This document shows positions 16,392 to 24,475 of a stretch of 32,000 bases of DNA, one piece after another. The position numbers and the translations under genes were made by a program. How positions within the stretch are numbered: position 1 is the stretch's first letter; every line of letters starts with the position of its first letter. Source of the DNA: Sedimentisphaera cyanobacteriorum (lineage in GTDB: Bacteria; Planctomycetota; Phycisphaerae; Sedimentisphaerales; Sedimentisphaeraceae); assembly GCF_001997385.1 (NCBI RefSeq), contig NZ_CP019633.1:2640001-2672000 (forward strand), in the 5' to 3' direction. Below the pieces are notes generated by a model, which made no database searches, was not told where the DNA came from, and saw only the letters and a program-made list of their open reading frames with translations.

Positions 16392-17780
16392 ATGAAAAGA
16401 CGTGATTTTTTGAAGTCAGCGGGCTGTTTTCTTGCTGCTGGCTCAGCTGGCTTTGCTTCCGAAAGCAAAAAACCAAATATAGTTTTTATCCTCGCAGACG
16501 ACCTTGGATATGGGGATGTTGGATTTAACGGACAGACTAAAATCAAAACGCCGAATATAGATTCTATTGCAGAAGAGGGAGCGGTTTTTACAAATCATTA
16601 TTCCGGTTCCACAGTCTGCGGGCCTTCTCGCTGCTGCCTTATGACAGGCAGGCACACTGGGCATGCTTCGGTTCGCGGGAATCCCCGCTGGACAGCGGAC
16701 GGCAAGCCTGTTGACATACCCAAATCAGAGCCCACAGTTGCTGACGAGCTAAAAAGAGCAGGCTATAAAACCTGCGCAATAGGCAAATGGGGGCTTGCTG
16801 AAAATCTCGGCGATGCTATGCCCACGAAAAAGGGCTTCGATGAATTCTACGGTTTTATGAGGCACGGCCCCGCACATCATTACTATCCAGAAAAGATATG
16901 GCGCAATGAACATCAGGTGTCCCTTCCGAATAAGCCTAAGGAGAAAGAAGGGCTGTATGTACACGATTTATTCACTCAAGAGGCCTTCAAATATATAAGC
17001 AGGCAGGACAAAAACAATCCGTTCTTCCTTTATCTTGCATATACGATACCGCATTACGAGCTTACAGTTCCAGAAGATTCCAAAGAGCCTTATCAGAAGC
17101 TCGGCTGGAAAAAACGCCCTATGAAACAGGGGCATTATTACCACGACAAAGAAGGCAATACCACTTACGCAGGTATGGTTTCGAGGATGGACAGGGATAT
17201 TGGCTCACTTATGGAGCTTCTCAAGAAAAGGGGACTTTATAAAAATACGCTCGTTATTTTCACCAGCGATAACGGTCATCACTACGACAAGGGCTTTTTC
17301 GACAGTAATGGAGTGTTTCGAGGCAAAAAACGAGACCTCTACGAAGGCGGTATTCATATCCCGTTTGCTGCCCGCTGGCCGGAAATGATAAGGCCGGGAA
17401 CAAAGTCTTCGCATATCTCCGCATTTTGGGACTTTCTCCCAACTGCCTGCGATATTGCCGGAATTGAGCCGAAAGCCAAAACCGACGGGATCTCATATTT
17501 TCAGGCTCTAAAGGGCAATACAAGAGGCCAAATTCCCCACAAATGCCTGTACTGGGAATTTAATGAATGGCAGGGGCCTGTTCAGGCGGTGCGCAAGGGC
17601 AAATGGAAGGCCGTTCGGTATAAGGGCAAACCCCTCGAGCTATACGATTTAACCAAAGACACGGGGGAGAATAATGATATTTCCGCTGATTATCCTGACC
17701 AAGCCAAGCAAATGGCTAAGCTTATGGAATCCTCCCGCACAGAAGATTCGAACTTTCCGTTTAAAAATCTCAGAAAATAA
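16392..17780 (+). CDS. Cys-type sulfatase (arylsulfatase A / GalNAc-6-sulfatase-like) with a twin-arginine signal
   Basis: Start moved to the ATG at 16392 (MKRRDFLKSAGCFLAAGSAGFA, matching the Tat consensus RRxFLK). The longer track ORF would overlap rnpB. Metal site ILADDLGYGD and formylglycine motif CGPSRCCLMTGR. Confidence 0.9.
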   Translation: MKRRDFLKSAGCFLAAGSAGFASESKKPNIVFILADDLGYGDVGFNGQTKIKTPNIDSIAEEGAVFTNHYSGSTVCGPSRCCLMTGRHTGHASVRGNPRWTADGKPVDIPKSEPTVADELKRAGYKTCAIGKWGLAENLGDAMPTKKGFDEFYGFMRHGPAHHYYPEKIWRNEHQVSLPNKPKEKEGLYVHDLFTQEAFKYISRQDKNNPFFLYLAYTIPHYELTVPEDSKEPYQKLGWKKRPMKQGHYYHDKEGNTTYAGMVSRMDRDIGSLMELLKKRGLYKNTLVIFTSDNGHHYDKGFFDSNGVFRGKKRDLYEGGIHIPFAARWPEMIRPGTKSSHISAFWDFLPTACDIAGIEPKAKTDGISYFQALKGNTRGQIPHKCLYWEFNEWQGPVQAVRKGKWKAVRYKGKPLELYDLTKDTGENNDISADYPDQAKQMAKLMESSRTEDSNFPFKNLRK

Positions 17781-17804
17781 AAAGTTAAAATATAGGTTTA
17801 TTCA

Positions 17805-20800
17805 ATGAAAAGATTAACGTTTTTGGTATTTATGCTCTGTCTTTCTGTATTTGCAAGGCAGAGGGAGAGCTTCGATTTCGACTGGAAATTTTCTCGCGGA
17901 GATTTCCCCGGCGCAGAAAAGAAAAACTTTGATGACTCAGACTGGCAATTTGTTAACATCCCTCATGACTGGAGCATTGAAGGCGAGTATGACAAGGCTG
18001 CCCCTTCAGGCCCGAGATGCGGCTATCTGCCCACGGGCATAGGCTGGTACAGAAAAGAGCTTGAAATCCCGTCTCGCTGGGAAGGCAAAGACGTTCGTAT
18101 AGATTTCGACGGCGTATTCCGCAAGTCCACAGTTTACGTTGACGGCAAAAAGCTCGGCCATCGTCCGTACGGCTGGATCTCTTTCTCGTATAATATTACC
18201 CCGCATATTCAGGGCAAAGAGAAGGTGCTGATAGCCGTGCGCGTTGATAATACAAAACAGCCTGCCGCAAGATGGTACACCGGCTCTGGCATCTACGCCC
18301 ATACTTGGCTCACTGCAACCGAGAAGGTGAAGGTTGCGCAGTGGGGCGTGCAGATTATCTCTGAGCTTGAAGGAGATTCTGCACGTGTTGATGCAGGAAT
18401 TAAAATCCGCAATACAGCGAATTCTGCTGAGAAGATTAGGTGCAAAGCCCAGATAAAAGCCCCTTCAGGCAAAAGCGTTGCCGAAAGTGAATCTGAACCG
18501 TTTCTTGTGCCCGCAAATGGCGAATTCAAGTATTCCCCGGCCTTTGATGTTAAATCTCCCCGGCTCTGGTCTCCTGAGTCTCCTTCAATATACACCATAA
18601 AAATAGAGCTTTTAAGCGGGGAAGAAGTTTTAGATACATACACCGAAAATTTCGGCATACGAACCACCCGCTGGGATGGAGAAAAAGGATTCTTCCTGAA
18701 CGGAAAGAATATGAAGATTCGCGGGATGTGTATGCATATTGATGCAGGCCCGCTCGGGGCAGCTGTTCCCGATAAGATTCTCGAGCAGAGGCTGAGAATG
18801 GTTAAGGATATGGGCTGCAATTCGGTTCGAACTTCTCATTACCCAAGACCGCCGGTTTTCTATGATATATGCGACAGAATAGGCCTTATGGTGATGGATG
18901 AGATATTCGACGGCTGGAAGCAGAAGGCTGCTCAGGACTATGGAGCCCTCGATTTCGACCGCTGGTGGAAAACAGACCTAACCGACTGGCTCCGGCGGGA
19001 CAGAAACCACCCCAGCATAATTATATGGAGCCTCGGAAATGAAACCCACGGCAATGAGATTGCCGAGAAGATGGTGCGGATCTGCCATCAGCTCGACCCA
19101 ACACGCAAGGTTACAAGCGGAAGCTCAAGCTCCAAAATGATGGAGGTTTTCGGCGAGAACGGAAGAACCGAGGCCGTGAGCTACAAAAACCCATCGGATA
19201 AGCCGTTTATCGGCACAGAATGCGTTCATACTTGGCACGTACGAGGGAGCTACAGAACCCAGACTTGGTATCGAGACGGGTTCAAAAAGGGCAGGACCCT
19301 CGAAATTCCCGATCTAACCGAAAAGGAAATTTTCCATTACGACTGGACAGACTCCCACTCATACAAACGCTGCTTTAATTCATCCTACGATAACAGCACT
19401 GTGCGGGATAATGTGCGTCATTTTGAGTTGAAAACGCAGAAAAGCGACTGGCTAAGCGGCTCGTACCGCTGGACAGCTTTCGATTATATCGGCGAGGCGG
19501 GTTATATCTCCGGCGGCTGGCCGTTCAAACTCTTCAACAGCGGCGTTATAGATATGGCAAACTTTCCCAAAGATGCATACTACCTATACCAAAGTCTCTG
19601 GACGGACGGTTCTGAAGACCCTATGGTGCATATCCTCCCTCACTGGACACATCCAACAATGCCTAAAGGCACGGAAATTCCAGTTCACGTTTATTCAAAC
19701 TGCGATGAAGTAAAGCTGTATTGCAATGGAAAGAATCTCGGCTCGCAGAAGCTCGATATCAGCCGCTGGGATAAAATGAACGGTGAGTGGCTCGTGCCAT
19801 GGGAGCCCGGAAAGATTAAGGCAGAAGGATATATTAACGGCCAGCTTGTTTGCTCCGAGACGGTTCAAACGGCCTCAGCTCCTGCCCGAATCGAGCTGGA
19901 AACGGATAATTCCTCGCTGGAGGCCGGCCGAAAAGATTATGCTCAGGCTGCTGTAAGCATTACCGATGAAAACGGCAATTTCTACCCATACGGGGAAAAC
20001 CGAATTTACTTCAAGCTATTCGGGGCGGGCAAAATTAAGGCAACAGGCAGCGGGAGCCCCATAGACACAGAAACCCACAATAAGCCAGACAGAAAGGCGT
20101 TTATGGGGCTTGCAAAGGCCTACGTTCGAAGCGGAAAGGAAAGCGGGGATGCCCTTCTGCTCGCTGCATCAATCCTCGGCGAGAAAAGGCAGATTACCTC
20201 GAATAAGGCTGCGATTGATGTCGCCCAGATTACCCTGAGCGGAGCGCCTGAAAGGCTGGATACGAAGGTAAAATATGCAGTTGGCGAGAATGCGGGGATA
20301 AGCGATGCCAAGCAGTATTATGCACCTTTCAGCGTTCCGGAAGAATGCGTTGTAAAGGCGTGGATATACGCAGACGGCGAGCTCGTTCTCGAGTGCGAGG
20401 AAAGTTTTGGCGATGAAGGGCTTGTATGGCAGCAGGCTAAGCTCGAGGAAAATGGCGTTTACTACGAGGCCGAATCGTCCGATTTTGATGGAGCAAAATT
20501 TTCCAAGGCCGGCAGAGGGTACACAGGGACTGGATATCTCGATTTCGATGGCAGTGAAGGTTCGATTGAATGGTCTGTAACCACAGACGGCGGCGGGGAG
20601 GCAGTTTGGCTTGTATTCCATTATGCCGGCAATGATCCCGAGAGCCAGAGGGATATGGAGCTGATTTTCAACAGCCAAAGCCCCGAGAAGCTAAGCTTCA
20701 AAAGCACTTCAAACTGGCAGAAAGACTGGCAGACCATTAAAGTGAAGAGAAAGCTAAACCTTGGTTCAAATATTATTAAGCTGAAAACCGACGGCCAAAG

Positions 20801-20843
20801 CGGGATGAACATAGACAAGCTTGAAGTGAGAACGATTCGCTAA
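17805..20843 (+). CDS. Glycoside hydrolase family 2 (beta-galactosidase/beta-glucuronidase-like) with a C-terminal CBM6/35-like module
   Basis: Signal peptide. GH2 N-terminal sugar-binding motif FDFDWKF...IPHDWSIEG, TIM barrel NSVRTSHYP and acid/base region IIWSLGNE. The C-terminal ~125 aa (about 20460-20830) reads YYEAESSDFDGAKFSKAGRGYTGTGYLDF...NIIKLKT...NIDKLEV, typical of CBM6/35. Starts 24 nt after the sulfatase. Confidence 0.9.
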   Translation: MKRLTFLVFMLCLSVFARQRESFDFDWKFSRGDFPGAEKKNFDDSDWQFVNIPHDWSIEGEYDKAAPSGPRCGYLPTGIGWYRKELEIPSRWEGKDVRIDFDGVFRKSTVYVDGKKLGHRPYGWISFSYNITPHIQGKEKVLIAVRVDNTKQPAARWYTGSGIYAHTWLTATEKVKVAQWGVQIISELEGDSARVDAGIKIRNTANSAEKIRCKAQIKAPSGKSVAESESEPFLVPANGEFKYSPAFDVKSPRLWSPESPSIYTIKIELLSGEEVLDTYTENFGIRTTRWDGEKGFFLNGKNMKIRGMCMHIDAGPLGAAVPDKILEQRLRMVKDMGCNSVRTSHYPRPPVFYDICDRIGLMVMDEIFDGWKQKAAQDYGALDFDRWWKTDLTDWLRRDRNHPSIIIWSLGNETHGNEIAEKMVRICHQLDPTRKVTSGSSSSKMMEVFGENGRTEAVSYKNPSDKPFIGTECVHTWHVRGSYRTQTWYRDGFKKGRTLEIPDLTEKEIFHYDWTDSHSYKRCFNSSYDNSTVRDNVRHFELKTQKSDWLSGSYRWTAFDYIGEAGYISGGWPFKLFNSGVIDMANFPKDAYYLYQSLWTDGSEDPMVHILPHWTHPTMPKGTEIPVHVYSNCDEVKLYCNGKNLGSQKLDISRWDKMNGEWLVPWEPGKIKAEGYINGQLVCSETVQTASAPARIELETDNSSLEAGRKDYAQAAVSITDENGNFYPYGENRIYFKLFGAGKIKATGSGSPIDTETHNKPDRKAFMGLAKAYVRSGKESGDALLLAASILGEKRQITSNKAAIDVAQITLSGAPERLDTKVKYAVGENAGISDAKQYYAPFSVPEECVVKAWIYADGELVLECEESFGDEGLVWQQAKLEENGVYYEAESSDFDGAKFSKAGRGYTGTGYLDFDGSEGSIEWSVTTDGGGEAVWLVFHYAGNDPESQRDMELIFNSQSPEKLSFKSTSNWQKDWQTIKVKRKLNLGSNIIKLKTDGQSGMNIDKLEVRTIR

Positions 20844-21091
20844 TACCTTACGCAGCAGACAGCGGATATCGGTTCATTGACTAATCTGCATTGAAATTGT
20901 GAAAAGATTCTCAGAATCTGCCAGCTTGATTCTCCGTTAGCCCAAATTGCCACTTTAGGAGGGGCAATTATACTCCCTTCAGGAAAAAAGGGGGCTGCTG
21001 CCGATTATTTGTTAACCCTGATTTCTCACTTAGGGGGTTAAAAGTGCGTTTTTGCCCCCGTCAGAGGGGTTGGTCTGTCACCAAAGATGTG

Positions 21092-21337
21092 TTATTTTTT
21101 CAGTTGGCCGCTGTATATTTTCGGAGGTTTTTGCGGCGGCATTTCTGTCTTCTTTTTTTGCAGCAGCATCTTGTGTCCGTCTTCAGGTTCGGTATATCTC
21201 TGCATAAGCACAGTTCTGCCGTCTTGCGTTTTTGAGAACACCTCCAATATCTGAGACCGAGAGATTCTCTGTAATGTTGCTGAACAGTCATCCCGCAGGA
21301 GGCGGGAAATGCTGGAAAACATCATCAAAGGATACAT
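21092..21337 (-). CDS. Orphan 81-aa ORF, coding status doubtful
   Basis: The only sizeable ORF with no stronger overlapping CDS in the 775-bp gap. It has no convincing RBS, an in-frame TAG directly precedes the ATG, and I recognise no motif. Listed for completeness. Confidence 0.2.
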   Translation of the reverse strand: MYPLMMFSSISRLLRDDCSATLQRISRSQILEVFSKTQDGRTVLMQRYTEPEDGHKMLLQKKKTEMPPQKPPKIYSGQLKK

Positions 21338-21618
21338 CTAAATTGCATTTTTCGGGATAGAAAGGGACATATCTGCGCATTTTTCCCGACTCAGCAAATA
21401 ATTCAGGGATATGGGTTAGATTTATGATTAAGGCAGTTTCAAAGTATCGCACTTGGGGTTCGATCCCGAAGCTTTTCTTTGCGGAAAATGGTTTAATTTA
21501 TACGCTAATTGGCCTTGTTATGAATCTGTGATTGGGGTATAGTGGTCAGCATGTCAAAGATGTGCAATTCGTTTTGAAAGCAATAATACTGAAATTGATT
21601 TTTACTATGGGAGCAGAT

Positions 21619-24210
21619 ATGAAGAAGGTAATGTTTGTTATTTTTTTTACAGCATTTTCGTTAACGTCATTCGTTTACGCCGAGAGTTATGAGTATCCTT
21701 TTAAGAATCCTGAGCTGAAAGTTGAAGACAGGATAGATGACCTGCTCTCTCGTCTCACAGTAGAAGAAAAAGCATGGCAGTTGGTTATGAATACCAGAGG
21801 TGTTGAGAGGCTCGAAATACCGAGTTTTCATTGGTGGAACGAATGCCTTCACGGTGTTGCCCGTGCTGGTAAGGCAACGGTCTTCCCGCAGGCAATAGCT
21901 CTTGCTTCTACATGGAATACAGACCTGATGAACGAAATAGCATCGGCGATATCTGATGAGGCAAGGGGCAAATATAATTCCGACCCCGCCAAAAACACTC
22001 AGTACAGAGGCTTGACTATGTGGAGCCCTACTATCAATATCGCCCGAGACCCGAGATGGGGCAGAACCGAAGAGACCTACGGCGAAGACCCTTATCTCAC
22101 AGGCTGTATGGGCTATTCATTTATCACCGGTCTGCAAGGTGAGCATCCAAAATATCTGAAGGTTGCAGCCACTCCCAAGCACTTTGTAGCTAACAATATA
22201 GAGGCAAAGCGGCATTCAACGCGTCCGTTTATCAGCGAAAGGGCTCTGCGGGAATATTACCTGCCGGCTTTCGAGAAGGCTATTACCGAGGCAAAAGCCG
22301 AATCTATAATGAGCGCTTATAACGGCATCAACAACATCCCCTGCAGCACAAACAAATGGCTCCTTGAAGGACTGCTTCGTTATCAGTGGGGTTTCGATGG
22401 AAGCGTGGTTACCGATGTGGGTGTTCCAGGCGATCTGGTGCAGTCTCACAGGATTTACGGCACTCCGCCGGAAACGGTTGAACCTATGATTGAGGCCGGG
22501 GTGAACGTAATTGATGATTTCCGTCCGGACTTCCCGAAATACATTATTGAGGCTTATGAAAAGGGGATGGTAAATGATTCACAGCTCGATAAGGCCTTAT
22601 ATCCCAACCTGAGGACACTGTTTAGGCTTGGATTCTTTGACCCGCCTGAAGCCGTTCCGTTTTCCAAAATTTCCAAGTCTGTTGTAGGCTGCGATAAGCA
22701 CATCTCTCTTGCCAGACAGGCAGCAAGAGAGTCTATCGTTCTGCTGAAAAATGACAAAATTAATGGCAAGCCGCTTCTGCCGGTAGAAAGAAGCAGGGTT
22801 AAGAGCTTAGCGGTTCTCGGAACTCATGCAACAGAGAATTATGTCGGCGGGTATTCAGGAACACCTGTTGGCGGTGATGTGTCGGTTTTGGAAGGATTGA
22901 AAAACGGTTCTGGGCAATCAATAAAGGTCAAGCATGTTAGGTCTTCCATCGCTATGGACGATATGAAGTCTATTATTCCAACTTCAAACTACAGGCCTCC
23001 AACAGAAGAAGAGGGAGAGCATGGATTAAGGGCTGAGTATTACCCAACTCCGAATTTCCAAGGCGACCCCTTTACCAGAACAGTGAGAACTGTCGATTTC
23101 GACTGGGGCAGCTCCTCTCCTGATCCAATGATACCTTATGACAATTTCTCCGCTGTTTACACGGGCAAGCTCATTCCTAATCAGACAGGCGTTCATACCT
23201 TCCTCACTGAGAACATTGATGACGGGGTGAGGCTTTACATCGATGGTAAGCTTGTCTTAGACAGATGGCAATTCCAGATTGGTGTTGTTAAATCCAAAGT
23301 GCGGCTCGAAGCCGGCGAAGAATACGATTTGAAGCTCGAATACCGTGAAGATGGCGGCGGAGCTCAGGTGCATCTTTATTGGCGAGAGCCGGATGTCGAT
23401 CCCGCTGATATTCTGAACAATGAGCTCCAACTCGCTGAAAAGAGCGACCTTGTCGTTGTAGCTTTAGGGCTGGACCAGAGATACGAATTTGAGGGCAGGG
23501 ACAAAAACACACTTACCTTCCCTCCAGAGCAGCTCGATTTTCTCAAGAAGGTTTATGAGGTAAATCAGAACGTCGTTGTTGTTCTCCAAATCGGAAGTCC
23601 TATGGCGATTACTTGGATGGACGAAAACATTCCTGCAATTGTGAATATGTGGTATCCCGGAGAGCAGGGCGGTAATGGCTTGGCAGATATATTGTTCGGC
23701 AAGAGCTCTCCTTCCGGCAAGCTCCCTGTAACTTTCTTTGCATCTGACGAACAGCTGCTGCCTTGGGACGATTATGAGCCCCAGCATGGAAGAACCTATA
23801 TGTATTTTGAGGGCGAGCCGCTGTATCCGTTCGGCTATGGTCTAAGCTATACTGATTTCGCATATTCCGATATTAACATAAGCAAGAGGTATATTAATGA
23901 GGATGACGCTGTTACAGTAGAGTTCACTCTTGAGAATACCGGTTCAAGGGATAGCGCTGAAGTGGTTCAGCTTTATGCGAGAAATGTGGAATCTCCAGTT
24001 TATCAGCCTAAAAGGAAGCTTAAGAGATTCAAGAAGGTGAATTTAAACGCTGGACAAAGCAAAACTGTATCATTTGAGCTTGAAATCAGCGATCTGAATT
24101 ACTGGGACAGCAAAAAGAAAACATTTGTTGTCGAACCCGGTGAATTTGAAATAATGATCGGCTCATCATCCGCTAATATTGAATTGAAGAGCGGCCTAAC
24201 CGTTAAATGA
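21619..24210 (+). CDS. Glycoside hydrolase family 3 (beta-glucosidase/beta-xylosidase-like) with an inserted PA14 domain
   Basis: Start at the ATG at 21619 (MKKVMFVIFFTAFSLTSFVYA signal peptide, GGGAG 5 nt upstream). GH3 motifs KHFVANN and GFDGSVVTD (nucleophile Asp context). PA14 insert about 23020-23400 (GLRAEYYPTPNFQGDP...FSAVYTGKLIP...DDGVRLYIDGKLVLDRW). C-terminal Fn3-like domain. Confidence 0.92.
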   Translation: MKKVMFVIFFTAFSLTSFVYAESYEYPFKNPELKVEDRIDDLLSRLTVEEKAWQLVMNTRGVERLEIPSFHWWNECLHGVARAGKATVFPQAIALASTWNTDLMNEIASAISDEARGKYNSDPAKNTQYRGLTMWSPTINIARDPRWGRTEETYGEDPYLTGCMGYSFITGLQGEHPKYLKVAATPKHFVANNIEAKRHSTRPFISERALREYYLPAFEKAITEAKAESIMSAYNGINNIPCSTNKWLLEGLLRYQWGFDGSVVTDVGVPGDLVQSHRIYGTPPETVEPMIEAGVNVIDDFRPDFPKYIIEAYEKGMVNDSQLDKALYPNLRTLFRLGFFDPPEAVPFSKISKSVVGCDKHISLARQAARESIVLLKNDKINGKPLLPVERSRVKSLAVLGTHATENYVGGYSGTPVGGDVSVLEGLKNGSGQSIKVKHVRSSIAMDDMKSIIPTSNYRPPTEEEGEHGLRAEYYPTPNFQGDPFTRTVRTVDFDWGSSSPDPMIPYDNFSAVYTGKLIPNQTGVHTFLTENIDDGVRLYIDGKLVLDRWQFQIGVVKSKVRLEAGEEYDLKLEYREDGGGAQVHLYWREPDVDPADILNNELQLAEKSDLVVVALGLDQRYEFEGRDKNTLTFPPEQLDFLKKVYEVNQNVVVVLQIGSPMAITWMDENIPAIVNMWYPGEQGGNGLADILFGKSSPSGKLPVTFFASDEQLLPWDDYEPQHGRTYMYFEGEPLYPFGYGLSYTDFAYSDINISKRYINEDDAVTVEFTLENTGSRDSAEVVQLYARNVESPVYQPKRKLKRFKKVNLNAGQSKTVSFELEISDLNYWDSKKKTFVVEPGEFEIMIGSSSANIELKSGLTVK

Positions 24211-24475
24211 CATTATTGCCCCGGCCGAGTGATAAAGTCCGTACTCTGCCGGCGGGAAATTAATAATTCTGAAAACCGTTTTGCATGATGCGTCAGAAAA
24301 TAAGAGGCGATTATTTGCCCGCAGTTTTTGGGCATATCCGGCAAGCGGTTTTTGGAAAATGTCTTAAAGCAGCAGCGGTTTTATAAGCAGATTCTTGATT
24401 AAGGCATACAATGTTCTTATAGCCGGCAAATGTGAAAAATGGATTTGCCGAAAAAACTTACAGGAGAACGTTTTA

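Noticed and set aside
15854-16546. A 230-aa minus-strand ORF, a 127-aa plus-strand ORF (15949-16332) and smaller ORFs across 15950-16310.
   Set aside because: The region is an RNase P RNA gene. These ORFs are by-products of its GC-rich structured sequence.
18006-20818. Minus-strand ORFs inside the GH2 gene (for example 18293-18820 at 175 aa and 20169-20678 at 169 aa).
   Set aside because: They are antisense to GH2 and CBM coding sequence and have no independent support.
20955-21070. A possible G-quadruplex formed from the four G-runs.
   Set aside because: The runs are about 30-40 nt apart, far beyond normal G4 loop lengths, and most have only 4-5 G.
21450-21477. A possible tRNA gene suggested by GGTTCGATCCC (the T-loop consensus).
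   Set aside because: A T-arm can be drawn, but the predicted 3' acceptor strand (AGCTTTT) has no complementary 5' strand upstream, and no D or anticodon arm folds. It is at most a fragment, so it is kept only as part of the gap finding.
24423-24451. A hairpin CGGCAAAT-N11-ATTTGCCG upstream of the modular glycanase gene, considered as the GH3 terminator.
   Set aside because: An A-run follows it, not a T-run, on the plus strand, and it sits about 25 nt before the next start codon. It is more likely a 5'-UTR structure, and the evidence for any specific role is too weak.
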